DNA of 64,000 nt from Tubulanus polymorphus (GCF_964204645.1 NC_134030.1:22900210-22964209); one strand, 5' to 3'; positions 12,001-25,094 are shown, numbered from the stretch's first letter. Notes: generated by a model not told the origin, from the sequence alone. Numbers and translations are program-made.

Positions 12001-15000
12001 GAACTGGGTTCAGAACTATGGAACTGGGTTCAGAACTGTGGAACTGGGTTCAGAACTGTGGAACTGGGTCCAGAACTATGGAACTGGGATCAGAACTGTA
12101 GAACTGGATCCAGAACTGTAGAACTGAGTCCAGAACTGTAGAACTGGATTCAGAACTGTAGAACTGAGTCCTGAACTGTGAAACTGAGTCCAGAACTGTA
12201 GAACTGGATCCCGAACTGTAGAACTGAGTCCAGAACTGTGAAACTGAGTCCAGAACTGTAGAACTGAGTCCACAACTGTAGAACTGGATCCTGAACTGTA
12301 GAACTGAGTCCAGAACTGTAGAACTGGATCCTGAACTGTAGAACTGAGTCCAGATGTGTAAAACTGAGTCCAGAACTGTAGAACTGAGTCCACAACTGCA
12401 GAACTGAGTCCAGAACTGTGAAACTGAGTCCAGAACTGTAGAACTGAGCCCAAAACTGTAGAACTGGATCCTGAACTGTAGAACTGAGTCCAGAACTGTA
12501 GAACTGGATCCTGAACTGTAGAACTGAGTCCAGAACTGTAGAACTGGATCCAGAACTGTAGAACTGGATCCAGAACTGTAGAACTGAGTCCAGAACTGTG
12601 AAACTGAGTCCAGAACTGTAGAACTGAGTCCAAAACTGTAGAACTGGATCCTGAACTGTAGAACTGAGTCCAGAACTGTAGAACTGGATCCTGAACTGTA
12701 GAACTGAGTCCAGAACTGTAGAACTGAGTCCAGAACTGTAGAACTGGATCCAGAACTGTAGAACTGAGTCCAGAACTGTAGAACTGGATCCAGAACTGTA
12801 GAACTGGATCCAGAACTGTAGAACTGAGTCCAGAACTGTAGAACTGGATCCAGAACTGTAGAACTGAGTCCAGAACTGTAGAACTGGATCCAGAACTGTA
12901 GAATTGGATCCAGAACTGTAGAACTGAGTCCAGAACTGTAGAACTGAGTCCAAAACTGTAGAACTGGATCCAGAACTGTAGAACTGAGTCCAGAACTGTA
13001 GAACTGGATCCAGAACTGTAGAACTGAGTCCAGAACTGTAGAACTGAGTCCAGAACTGTGAAACTGAGTCCAGAACTGTAGAACTGGACCCAGAACTGTA
13101 GAACTGGACCCAACTGTAGATCTGGGTTCAGAACTGTGGAACTGGGTTCAGAACTGTGGAACTGGGTTCAGAACTGGGGAACTGAGTTCAGAACTGTGGA
13201 ACTGGGTTCAGAACTATGGGCCTGGGATCAGAACTATAGAACTGGACCCAGAACTGTAGAACTGGACCCAGAACTGTAGAAATGAGTCCAGAACTGTAGA
13301 ACTGGGTTCAGAACTGTGAAACTGAGTGCAGAACAGTGAAACTGGATTCAGAACTGTAGAACTGGGTTCATAACTGTGGAACTGGGTTCAGAACTGTGGA
13401 ACTGGGTTCAGAACTGAGGAACTGAGTTCAGAACTGTGGAACTGGGTTCAGAACTGTGGAACTGGGTTCAGAACTGTGGAACTGGGTTCAGAACTATGGG
13501 CCTGGGATCAGAACTATAGAACTGGACCCAGAACTGTAGAACTGGACCCAGAACTGTAGAAATGAGTTCAAAACTGTGGAACTGAGTGCAGAACAGTGAA
13601 ACTGGATTCAGAACTGTAGAACTGGGTTCATAACTGTGGAACTGGGTTCAGAACTGTGGAACTGGGTTCAGAACTATGGAACTGGGTTCAGAACTGTGGA
13701 ACTGGGTTCAGAACTGTGGAACTGGGTCCAGAACTATGGAACTGGGATCAGAACTGTAGAACTGGATCCAGAACTGTAGAACTGAGTCCAGAACTGTAGA
13801 ACTGGATTCAGAACTGTAGAACTGAGTCCTGAACTGTGAAACTGAGTCCAGAACTGTAGAACTGGATCCCGAACTGTAGAACTGAGTCCAGAACTGTGAA
13901 ACTGAGTCCAGAACTGTAGAACTGAGTCCACAACTGTAGAACTGGATCCTGAACTGTAGAACTGAGTCCAGAACTGTAGAACTGGATCCTGAACTGTAGA
14001 ACTGAGTCCAGATGTGTAAAACTGAGTCCAGAACTGTAGAACTGAGTCCACAACTGCAGAACTGAGTCCAGAACTGTAGAACTGAGTCCAAAACTGTAGA
14101 ACTGGATCCTGAACTGTAGAACTGGATCCAGAACTGTAGAACTGAGTCCAGAACTGTAGAACTGGATCCAGAACTGTAGAACTGGATCCAGAACTGTAGA
14201 ACTGAGTCCAGAACTGTAGAACTGGATCCTGAACTGTAGAACTGAGTCCAGATGTGTGAAACTGAGTCCAGAACTGTAGAACTGAGTCCACAACTGTAGA
14301 ACTGGATCCTGAACTGTAGAACTGAGTCCAGAACTGTAGAACTGAGTCCAGAACTGTAGAACTGGATCCAGAACTGTAGAACTGAGTCCAAAACTGTAGA
14401 ACTGAGTCCAGAACTGTAGAACTGAGTCCAAAACTGTAGAACTGGATCCTGAACTGTAGAACTGGATCCAGAACTGTAGGACTGGATCCTGAACTGTGGA
14501 ACTGAGTCCAGAACTGTGGAACTGGATCCTGAACTGTAGAACTGAGTCCAGAACTGTAGAACTGAGTCCAGAACTGTAGAACTGGATCCAGAACTGTAGA
14601 ACTGAGTCCAAAACTGTAGAACTGAGTCCAGAACTGTAGAACTGAGTCCAAAACTGTAGAACTGGATCCTGAACTGTAGAACTGGATCCAGAACTGTAGA
14701 ACTGGATCCTGAACTGTGGAACTGAGTCCAGAACTGTGGAACTGAGTCCAGAACTGTAGAACTGGATCCAGAACTGTAGAACTGAGTCCTGAACTGTGAA
14801 ACTGAGTCCAGAACTGCAGAAATGGATCCAGAACCGTGGAACTGAGTCCTGAACTGTGAAACTGAGTCCAGAACTGTAGAACTGGATCCAGAACTGTAGA
14901 ACTGAGTCCAGAACTGTAGAACTGGATCCAGAACTGTAGAACTGGATCCAGAACTGTAGAACTGAGTCCAGAACTGTGAAACTGAGTCCAGAACTGTAGA

Positions 15001-18000
15001 ACTGAGTCCAAAACTGTAGAACTGGATCCTGAACTGTAGAACTGAGTCCAGAACTGTAGAACTGGATCCTGAACTGTAGAACTGAGTCCAGAACTGTAGA
15101 ACTGAGTCCAGAACTGTAGAACTGGATCCAGAACTGTAGAACTGAGTCCAGAACTGTAGAACTGGATCCAGAACTGTAGAATTGGATCCAGAACTGTAGA
15201 ACTGAGTCCAGAACTGTAGAACTGAGTCCAAAACTGTAGAACTGGATCCAGAACTGTAGAACTGAGTCCAGAACTGTAGAACTGGATCCAGAACTGTAGA
15301 ACTGAGTCCAGAACTGTAGAACTGAGTCCAGAACTGTGAAACTGAGTCCAGAACTGTAGAACTGGACCCAGAACTGTAGAACTGGACCCAACTGTAGATC
15401 TGGGTTCAGAACTGTGGAACTGGGTTCAGAACTGTGGAACTGGGTTCAGAACTGGGGAACTGAGTTCAGAACTGTGGAACTGGGTTCAGAACTATGGGCC
15501 TGGGATCAGAACTATAGAACTGGACCCAGAACTGTAGAACTGGACCCAGAACTGTAGAAATGAGTCCAGAACTGTAGAACTGGACCCAGAACTGTAGAAC
15601 TGGACCCAACTGTAGATCTGGGTTCAGAACTGTGGAACTGGGTTCAAAACTGTGGAACTGAGTGCAGAACAGTGAAACTGGATTCAGAACTGTAGAACTG
15701 GGTTCATAACTGTAGAACTGGACCAGAACTGTAGAACTTGGTTCAGAACTGTTGAACTGGGTTCAGAACTGAGGAACTGAGTTCAGAGCTGTGGAACTGG
15801 GTTCAGAACTATGGAACTGGGTTCAGAACTGTGGAACTGGGTTCAGAACTGTGGAACTGGGTTCAGAACTATGGAACAGGGATCAGAACTGTAGAACTGG
15901 ACCCAGAACTGTAGAACTGGGTTCAGAACTGTGGAACTGGGTTCAGAACTGTAGAACTGGACCCAAAACTGTAGAACTGGACCCAGAAGTGTGGAACTGG
16001 GTTCAACACTGTGGAACTGAGTGCAGAACAGTGAAACTGGATTCAGAACTGTGGAACTGGACCAAACTGTAGAACTGGGTTCAGAACTGTGGAACTCGGC
16101 ACAGAACTGTGGAACTGGATACAGAACTGTGGAACTGGGTTCACAACTATGGAACTGGGTTCAGAACTGTGGAACTGAGTGCAAAACTGTGAAACTGAGT
16201 TCAGAACTGTGGAACTGGGTTCAGAACTATGGAACTGGGTTCAGAACTATAGAACTTGACCCAGAACTGTAGAAATGAGTTCAGAACTGTGGAACAGGGT
16301 TCAAAACTGTGGAACTGAGTGCAGAACAGTGAAACTGGATTCAGAACTGTAGAACTGAGTTCAAAACTGTAGAACTGGGTTCAGAACTGTAGAACTGGCC
16401 CAGAACTGTAGAACTGGGTTCAGAACTGTGGAACTGGGTTCCGAACTGTGGAACTGGGTTCAGAACTCCGGAACTGGGTTCAGAACTATGGAACTGGTTC
16501 AGAACTGTGGAACTGGGTTCAGAACTGTGGAACTGAGTGCAGAACTGTGAAACTGAGTTCAGAACTGTGGAACTGGGTTAAGAACTGTAGAACTGGGTGC
16601 AGAACAGTGAAACTGGGTTCAGAACTGTGAAACTGAGTTCAGAACTGTAGAAATGGGTTTAGAACTGTGGAACTGGGTTCAGAACTGTGGAACTGTGTCC
16701 AGAACTGAAAAACTGGACCCAGAACTGTGGAAATGGGTTCAGAACTGTAGAACTGGACCCAGAACTGTAGAACTGGACCCAGAACTGTGGAACTGGGTTC
16801 AAAACTGTGGAACTGAGTGCAGAACAGTGAAACTGGATTCAGAACTGTGGAACTGGGTTCAGAACTATAGAACTGGACCCAGAACTGTGGAACTGTGTCC
16901 AGAACTGTGGAACTGGACCCAGAACTGAGGAACTGGGTTCAGAACTGTAGAACTGGACCCAGAACTGTAGAACTGGACCCGGAACTGTGGAACAGGGTTC
17001 AGAACTGTAGAACTGGACCCAGAAATGTGGAAATGGGTTCAGAACTGTAGAACTGGACCCAGAACTGCAGAACTAGACCCAACTGTAGAACTGAGCGCAG
17101 AACTGTGGAACTGAGTGCAGAACCGTGTAACTGGATTCAGAACTGTGGAACTGGGTTCAGAACTGTAGAACTAGACCCAACTGTAGAACTGGGTGCAGAA
17201 CAGTGAAACTGGGTTCAGAACTGTGAAACTGAGTTCAGAACTGTAGAAATGGGTTTAGAACTGTGGAACTGGGTTCAGAACTTTGGAAATTGGTTCAGAA
17301 CTGTGGAACTGAGTTCAAAACTCTTGAACTGGGTTCAGAACTATAGAACTGGACCCAGAACTGTGGAACTGTGTCCAGAACTGTGGAACTGTGTCCAGAA
17401 CTGTGGAACTGGACCCAGAACTGTGGAACTGGGTTCAGAACTGTAGAACTGGACCCAGAACTGCAGAACTAGACCCAACTGTAGAACTGAGTGCAGAACT
17501 GTGGAACTGAGTGCAGAACAGTGAAACTGGATTCAGAACTGTGGAACTGGGTTCAGAACTGTAGAACTGGACCCAGAACTGCAGAACTAGACCCAACTGT
17601 AGAACTGAGTGCAGAACTGTGGAACTGAGTGCAGAACAGTGAAACTGGATTCAGAACTGTGGAACTGGGTTCAGAACTGTAGAACTAGACCCAGAACTGC
17701 AGAACTAGACCCAACTGTAGAACTGAGTGCAGAACTGTGGAACTGAGTGCAGAACAGTGAAACTGGATTCAGAACTGTGGAACTGGGTTCAGAACTGTAG
17801 AACTGGACCCAGAACTGCAGAACTAGACCCAACTGTAGAACTGGGTGCAGAACAGTGAAACTGGGTTCAGAACTGTGAAACTGAGTTCAGAACTATAGAA
17901 ATGAGTTCAGAACTGTGGAACTGAGTGCAGAACTGTGGAACTGGATCCAGAACTGTGGAACTGGGCACAGAACTGTAGAACTGGACCCAGAACTGTGGAA

Positions 18001-18261
18001 CTGGGTTCAAAACTGTGGAACTGGGTTCAGAGCTGTGGAACTAGGTTCAGAACTGTGGAACTGGGTTCAGAACTGTGAAACTGGACCCTGAACTGTTGAA
18101 CTGGGTTCAGAACTGTGGAACTGAGTTCAGAACAGTGGCACTGGGTTCAGAATTGTGAAACTGGACCCAGAACAGTGGAACTGGGTTCAGAACTGTGAAA
18201 CTGGACCCTGAACTGTTGAACTGGGTTCAGAACTGTGGAACTGAGTGCAGAACTGTGGAAA
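9096..18261 (+). repeat. 9.2-kb satellite of about 460 20-bp monomers with two subtypes and higher-order repeats
   Basis: Subtype A is CAGAACTGTAGAACTG(AGT/GAT)C and subtype B is CAGAACTGTGGAACTGGGTT. Diagnostic variant CCCAACTGTAGATCTGGG at 11451, 13109, 15387 and 15605. Confidence 0.99.
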
Positions 18262-18652
18262 TATATATCAGATCAATAAATGTATGAATTCAACAAGTAA
18301 AAATGTTTTCAAATTATACGAATGTTTTTCATCATCTAATACTTTTACGTCGATCTGACCTTGACATTCAGACACTGCAAATACACGTTGAGTTTCACGT
18401 GTAAAATCGGTGGCCTTTGTTACAATACGGTCGTCTAGGTTTGCGTTCAGGTTTCGATTGTGGTTTAGGTTTGGGCGCCCAAAATGAAGAGCCGAACTTT
18501 AAACAGCTTCACAAGTTTACAGTATCGTCTCTATGCTTAGAACATACCCTTGTTTAATACCCGGCAGTTTTAACCAATCAGTTTCTTGGAGACACACCAA
18601 AAAAAACTATGAACCCTAATCAAATAGATTTTCCATATTTCAATTGGATTCT

Positions 18653-18731
18653 TAACTGTCGAACTGGATCCCGAATCGTGAAACCGGATCCCGAATCGTT
18701 GAACTGGATCCAGAATCGTGGAACTGGGTCT
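18653..18731 (+). repeat. Degenerate 20-bp satellite units (about 4)
   Basis: GAACTGGATCCCGAATCGTG-type monomers. Confidence 0.8.
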
Positions 18732-19121
18732 TTGCTCAAAATTTGGTGAAAAATAACCGACTAGAATGGTTCGAGGAGAAATAAGTGTCAGTTAATTGTT
18801 AACTTGATTATCAAACGGATCCTCGAGTATCGATTATCGGAACCAATAAAACTGCAAATTCATTAATTCGGTCGTCTCTTTATTCTTTCGGGTTATCTGT
18901 TAGACGAAGAAAAGACTGTCAGACATATACCACGTGATCTTATGGAATTTCTCAATCAGGATTGAACATCTCACTGCGCATGCGTATACATGTATTTTCC
19001 CAAAGAGGATTACTCCGTTATAATTAGTTGATCAATTTGTCGCGACATCGAATTCAAACTTCTTTTGTAAAATAGTGATTCAGATTTGTTCTGATGACGC
19101 AACGTATAACTGCCCTTGACC

Positions 19122-19414
19122 GATCAGATTGTAGCCAATCAGATTGCAGGATAGAACGCAGCGACCAATCAGATTGTAGGATGGATTCCCCAGACCAATC
19201 AGATTGCAAGATAGAACGCAGCGACCAATCAGATTGCAGGATGGATTCCCCAGACCAATCAGATTGCAGGATAAAGCTTATTAACCAATCAGATTGCGGG
19301 ATCGAGCTTATCAACCAATCAGATTGCAGGATAGAGCTTATTAACCAATCAGATTGCGGGATCGAGCTTATTAACCAATCAGATTGCGGGATCGAGCTTA
19401 TTAACCAATCAGAT
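19122..19414. repeat. 30-bp minisatellite, 10 copies, each with RRCCAATCAGAT (NF-Y/CCAAT-like)
   Basis: CCAATC ends at 19140, 19170, ... 19410. Two unit types. Confidence 0.92.
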
Positions 19415-21183
19415 AGAAAATTAAATGAACTGAACACAACGTATTTTTCAGTAAGGCTGAAATAGTTTATATACACAGAATCATCGTATAATATCATATA
19501 ATATCATAATATCGTGTAATATCGTATAATATCGTATAATATCATGAACACAGCTTTTTAATTTGATACAATACAATAATATATACATCATCATCATCAT
19601 CCAATTCACAGCCCTGTTTTTGATCATGAGCCAGATATGTACAAACACGATTGATGACGTCATGGGGTGAATTCGTAGAGGCAGCCATATCTATGTTTGA
19701 ATGATTACGAGTCGTTATGTGTGGGACGCCATTTTGAAAGGAATGCCTTTGTGGATATCGGGCGCGTATGGGTAATATTGAAATTAAATCCAATAGTGTT
19801 AGGACATGTTACATTCATACAAACATACCACTGACGTCATAGGGTGATAAAGTGAACCAACGACATTTTGTTTTTTGAAAATTTCATCTTCATTTTTATC
19901 AGTCTGCAGCCTAGTATCAGTCACTATCAATCTCCATCCCCCTCAACCTTCAGCCTGGGTTCTAGTTCCCCGATAATCTTACGGTGGACCATGCAACATT
20001 CGACATACATTCGATACTTTATCACAATTAACTTCTAAAACACCGGACACGAAACATTAACAGCACACTTTCAAAAACTGATCATCCAAACTTACAAACT
20101 GACGGGACGAGATTTCTGAATGACACAAACAATTTCTAAAAGATGAAGAATTAAAGTTTATTCGGTCGGACAGAAAATACGAAACGGATTTTTAGAAACA
20201 TTTACACCGGGATTCTAGTATAGGGTATTCACGATTGAAGGCACAGAAATATGATACATTTCAACTACTCGCACTGTCCACACGCACACACGCACCGCAC
20301 GCATAGTTTTAGTTCTAAAGATGAAACTCAGGGGGCGCTTTAGTGTTAACTCAAGACCCGATTTGACCCTAACAAGGATTATAGAGTCAAATGAAACCGA
20401 ATTCTGGTTTTATGGCTCCGATATTTTACAATTTTTCTCTTTGTTTCTCTTGATGTTTGTATTTACTACTGCTGCGTCTCTATGTAATCGATACAATGAC
20501 TGTACATCGAATTAAAACCCGAATCTACGAATTAGAATTTACTTTAAAAAACAAAGAACAACATTGAAAATTGAAAATGACTCCCTGATTATATATATCA
20601 CATTATCGCGTTCTATGTATTTCACATTAAACCACCATTTTACATAGATACACACATATATACATATATATATTTACTACCTAAAATTTACATTAATTAT
20701 CATAATGATTAACTAATTACAATTAGTAATAAATTAACTTCAATCAGTTAAGCATTCAACGATATTGATTATTCATGATCATTATCAACATTATTATTAT
20801 TATTATTATTATTATAATTATTATTTTTGATTACAATCTTTAAAGCAACTAATTTTTCTTTTAAAACATTGAGAATACGGTTTGCGGACTCTATGTACAC
20901 GAAATGCATCTGTTTTATCTTATCCGGTGTATTAACGATGCTATTATCGAATCTATTGAATTTAATGACAAATCCGAAACTTAGATAGCTACGATCGTTA
21001 CAAGTTAGATTCGTGAGCTAGACATTTGATCAGTTCATTTAGGTCAAATAACTCGCTAACCGGTGTCGGTTTCTTTTCGCGAGTTTATTACAAAACAAAC
21101 ATGTTCCGGTGTGGCATCCAGTGCCATCTAGCGGCAATTTCAAAACAGTTAACGTGACTGCGGTAAGCGAGGTGACTTTACGA

Positions 21184-22383
21184 TCACAAGTAAGTCTGCG
21201 GTCCGTTCGTTATTCTGAGCGATGTTTGCCGATGAGCCGGACTACGCGCCGGACTACTATCGACACCGTTACGCTCGTGGCTATCCGGCCGTAACAATTT
21301 AGCCGGCGACGTGCTGCCCTCTGTCGTCGTTTTAGCGAACGCGCACCTGCAGCCGAACAATTCGTAAAACGTATCTCGAAACATCGAACTGAACGTGTAA
21401 TAAAGAATGAAATTGACGGCGCTATTTATCGCCAGTAACAGATCGGTGAATTCGCGGATTCCTCGCACCAGGGGGTTAGCGTCGTAATAACCGAGTTTAA
21501 AAAACGACATAATAGCGTCGGGAGTGATACAAATTAGGAAGATAATTACAACAGCGATCAACATCATCGTAATTCTGTTTCTGGAAGACTGTTGTTTACC
21601 TTTGATACGCGACTGAAACAGGGCGTAGATAATCAACGAATTTAGAATCGCCAGAACGAAAAGAGGTATGATCGAACGCAGTAAGTTTTGCACCCACATG
21701 TACGCCGTGATGAACAGTTGATTGCGACCCAGTTCCGTCGGTTCCACTTCCCAGCAAGTTTGATTCGTGATGTTCGAGATTTTGAGAACTCGTTGGTATC
21801 TCAGTCCGCTGGGTATGGCTAGTACAGCCATAAGTATGAACACGGACGCCGAGACGATGCGGGCTCGCTGTATCGTGCATAAAGTGATCGCCCGAGTCGG
21901 ATGACAAACACTGATATACCTCTCCGCCGAGACAGACACCGTCAACCAAGCCGTTATACAAACCGCCATATTGAATATATAATGAGCAAACGGATATAGA
22001 AGCGTTAAAGCGCGGTTTCCGGTTTTGGTATCGTATTGATCGATGGCTAATACGAGGAAATACATGAAATCGGTGACGAGTTTAATCAGGTCGGATACGG
22101 ACAGCGCCGACAGGAACACGTTAGTCGATGTGGCCATCTTCTTCCGACTGAGAACCACTAAACTCAACGCGTTACCCGTTATACCCAGGATAGTAACAAT
22201 CGGGTAGGATACTAATCCGGTGGCATACCGCGCCCCCTGGTAGAACGATTCGTATTGATCGTTTGGATTAACGCCGGTGGCGACGTCTGGTGGCCGGTTC
22301 TGATTACCGAGATGTTGGTTCAGTATTTTGCTGATGTATGTTTTGTTATCGATCGAATGCTCGATCACTTTGTACGGTTCCAT
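21184..22383 (-). CDS. FMRFamide-receptor-like class A neuropeptide GPCR, 399 aa, single coding exon
   Basis: TM1 GITGN; TM2 LSVSDL; TM3 WLTVSVSAERYISVCHP; ECL2 NITNQTC; TM5 IIPL..LN; TM6 FLICITP; TM7 INSAVNFILY; helix 8 FRDTF; Cys palmitoylation site and Ser/Thr-rich tail. Acceptor TTTTCAG at 22408-22414, 24 nt upstream of the ATG. Confidence 0.95.
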   Translation of the reverse strand: MEPYKVIEHSIDNKTYISKILNQHLGNQNRPPDVATGVNPNDQYESFYQGARYATGLVSYPIVTILGITGNALSLVVLSRKKMATSTNVFLSALSVSDLIKLVTDFMYFLVLAIDQYDTKTGNRALTLLYPFAHYIFNMAVCITAWLTVSVSAERYISVCHPTRAITLCTIQRARIVSASVFILMAVLAIPSGLRYQRVLKISNITNQTCWEVEPTELGRNQLFITAYMWVQNLLRSIIPLFVLAILNSLIIYALFQSRIKGKQQSSRNRITMMLIAVVIIFLICITPDAIMSFFKLGYYDANPLVRGIREFTDLLLAINSAVNFILYYTFSSMFRDTFYELFGCRCAFAKTTTEGSTSPAKLLRPDSHERNGVDSSPARSPAHRQTSLRITNGPQTYL

Positions 22384-22555
22384 CCTGAAATCCGTTACAC
22401 TTTAAACCTGAAAATATATGAAAAATATTTTAATTTGATGTTTTAAAGTGATTCCGATCCCGACCATCCCCTCACCGCTCCCCCCTCCCCTCACCGCCAT
22501 CAAACATAAATATCAAAAGAAATATTCTATCTTAGTGCATTTAAGTCGTATTGTA

Positions 22556-22681
22556 ATCACACTGCCCCCTGGTGACCTTAGCACGAATAAGACTGCCTCT
22601 GGTGACCTCAGCACGGATCGAACTGCCCCCTAGTGACCTTAGCATGAATCACACTGCCCCCTGGTGACCCTAGCACGAATC
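22556..22681. repeat. About 31-bp minisatellite x4, each unit with a CTCF-like motif
   Basis: ACTGCCCCCTGGTGACCTTAGCACGAAT. The reverse complement GTCACCAGGGGGCAGT resembles the CTCF core. Confidence 0.8.
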
Positions 22682-22789
22682 TCGGCGCGCTGTTGCGACG
22701 ATTTTCGCGCATAATTCTGAAATATGGCGAAAAAAGAAACTACAAGTGATTCAGTACACGTGGATTTATAATAGAATTCTGATCAGGTT

Positions 22790-23080
22790 TCACCGGAGCG
22801 AATGTGTTTCGAACTCGACGAGGGTATATCTACTACGGGGTTACAGTTCATTCGTGTCTCTTAGAAAAATACTGCTACCCTCACAACACATCCCTGTGGA
22901 ACTCCTCAAAAACTTGACTAACACGTAACGCGATGTAATTGATGTATTTTACTACTGATAGCACTTCATGAAGATATATCTACTACGAGGTAACAGTTCA
23001 TTCATGTTTCAGTCTCCGAGATAACAATCTAAAAAACAGCGTCGTCCCCACAACACACCCTTGGGGAACTCCTACAGAAA
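22790..23080 (-). mobile_element. Two tandem, heavily decayed non-LTR retrotransposon RT fragments
   Basis: The minus strand encodes GVPQGCVVGTTLF..MNEL and GVPQGCVVRVAVFS..TNEL, resembling LINE RT GVPQGxVLxPLLFxLYxNDL. About 150-bp diverged duplication. Confidence 0.55.
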
Positions 23081-24805
23081 ATCCTCCGCCGAATGAGAAA
23101 AAAATACTAAATAACAAATCGTGCGACTCTATTCGAATTAGTAACGATAAATCAAGGTCGACAGGATTGGACTCTCTGGAGGAATCGACGGGCGACAATT
23201 TTAGCGAATTATTTATCGCGAACTATTGTAAAATGTTGTCGCTAACGGCAGCGATTAATCACTGAAATAACCGCTCTAATTGTTGCCCCTCGAATTGATC
23301 GCGATCACGTGACGCGCACTTGGCGCAGATGAACGAGAGTCAAGGTCTTCATCTCTCTAATACGGCGGCAATTATTTTTACTCCCGGATCACAAAGTGTG
23401 ACGATTTACTCCTAGTTTATGTTGATCGATGTCATTGTTATTTGCGCCGGAAGTGCGAAATTATCGCGCAGTAATTGCCGGCTGTGAAATCTATGATCGT
23501 TTTCCTGAATTGTGACGTCATTTATTATTGTCGTCGCGAACGATAAAAACCAGTTCAAATTGGAGAAGTTTAGATTTGAACGAGATATCGATATTCAATA
23601 AAAGTTGACAGGCCGACAAATATAAATGTCGGTTAATAATCGACAGTTTGAAAAGGTTATGAACGTTAAGAACCGAGGAATTTTACCGGTTGTACACACC
23701 AGATGGCGCAACATTTACTCGCCGTGAACTATCAATCTTAGTCAGGAGAAAAAAATTATATCTTATCTAATCTTAAAAATAGTTCATTTTTGATGAAATT
23801 TAAACCTGATTAATACGTCACATATATCTGTGTGTGATGAAACGTCACGCAGATAAGTGATACAGATAGAAGGTCACAAAATCCAACAGGTGGCGCCAAA
23901 TTACGGTCATGGGACCAAAATCCAGACAAAGGACGTGGGGCAGGATATCGGAAATACCCCTCTCGGAGCCGTCCTCATTCCTCCGTCTCAGGATTTCATT
24001 CCGCTATTAGTACCGACGTCAGAAAAGATCAAAAATCATAATCCAGCGAGTAGCGCGGAGCGGAAGCTACAATAAGTTTAACTTCCGGCTCAGATAAGAG
24101 TTACTCCGGTGTAGGTTTAATCGCATGTAACCGAGCGCAACTGTGACACGTGATGTCTAACTTCCGGTCGACGGTTCAGTTTATCTCGCTGGCTCGAAGT
24201 CGTTAAACATTTTTTCTCTGGTTCATAAATCATTTTTTGTCGCCGTAAAGACGAGAACGATCAACGCGGCGCTTTTGTCCACGAACGACCCGCCGACGAA
24301 AATCACGAACAAGCGATTTCTCGAGATCGACGTGTTACCGGTATTGCGTGCTTAGAGGAGTCGGTTCTGTCACGCGCACGGATCCGTTGTGCATCTGTAC
24401 GCGTGACGTTCAGAAAACAGTAATCAATGAGACGAAACGAAGTGATTTTTATAACTGATAATTTATAGCGTCTTGAGGTGATAGTAGCTGGTGAGTGAGG
24501 GAGGGAGTGAGTGCCTGGTAGGGTGATTGATATATGGCACCCGGTGAGTCCGACTAGACTCTGAAAAGTCGAAAATGTCTTCGTTATTTGTGATGTGCGC
24601 TGTAACGTTTTCCCCCAAAGACAAACATTTATTCCCAAACAAAAAGGCAGTGGATATATAACCGTATACGGTTGATTATTTATTTCCGCTATTTTACCGT
24701 AAATCGTCGCTGATTGGCTGATTTACGCAGCGCATGCGCACGGAGGTGCGCGACTTCGAAAAAAAATTCGATGGAAGCGTGGAGTTAGAGAAAATAGAGC
24801 GGTTT

Positions 24806-24872
24806 GAGCGAGACTCGAACCCGGGTCAGTAAATTACTAGCGCAGCGTCATACCACTAGACCACCGAGCTCG
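24806..24872 (-). mobile_element. tRNA-derived SINE head / pseudo-tRNA
   Basis: GCTCGGTGGTCTAGTGGTATGA...CCCGGGTTCGAGTCTCG: A and B boxes, with a 5' half resembling tRNA-Pro. The anticodon arm and acceptor stem do not pair. Confidence 0.7.
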
Positions 24873-25094
24873 CTGAAGACCAATCGACTGTTTTAACTAT
24901 CTAGAGTACCTTACCTTACCCTAATCCTATCCCTAGGGGTAAAACGGAACCCTCTGGACCCTCTTCTCGCCCTCTTGACACTAACCCTATCGAGACCCTA
25001 AGCCCTTAACCCAGTATAATGATTTTATTGTTACATATAGTAATAATCTACGGTATCAACTTCGAAACAAAAATTACCACACGGCATCTTTAAA

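Noticed and set aside
8986-15391. Long minus-strand ORFs of 229-527 aa (DSVLQFWTQFYSSGLSSTVL repeats)
   Set aside because: The 20-bp monomer has no stop triplet on the minus strand, so all frames give the same periodic peptide. Starts are non-ATG and there is no gene context.
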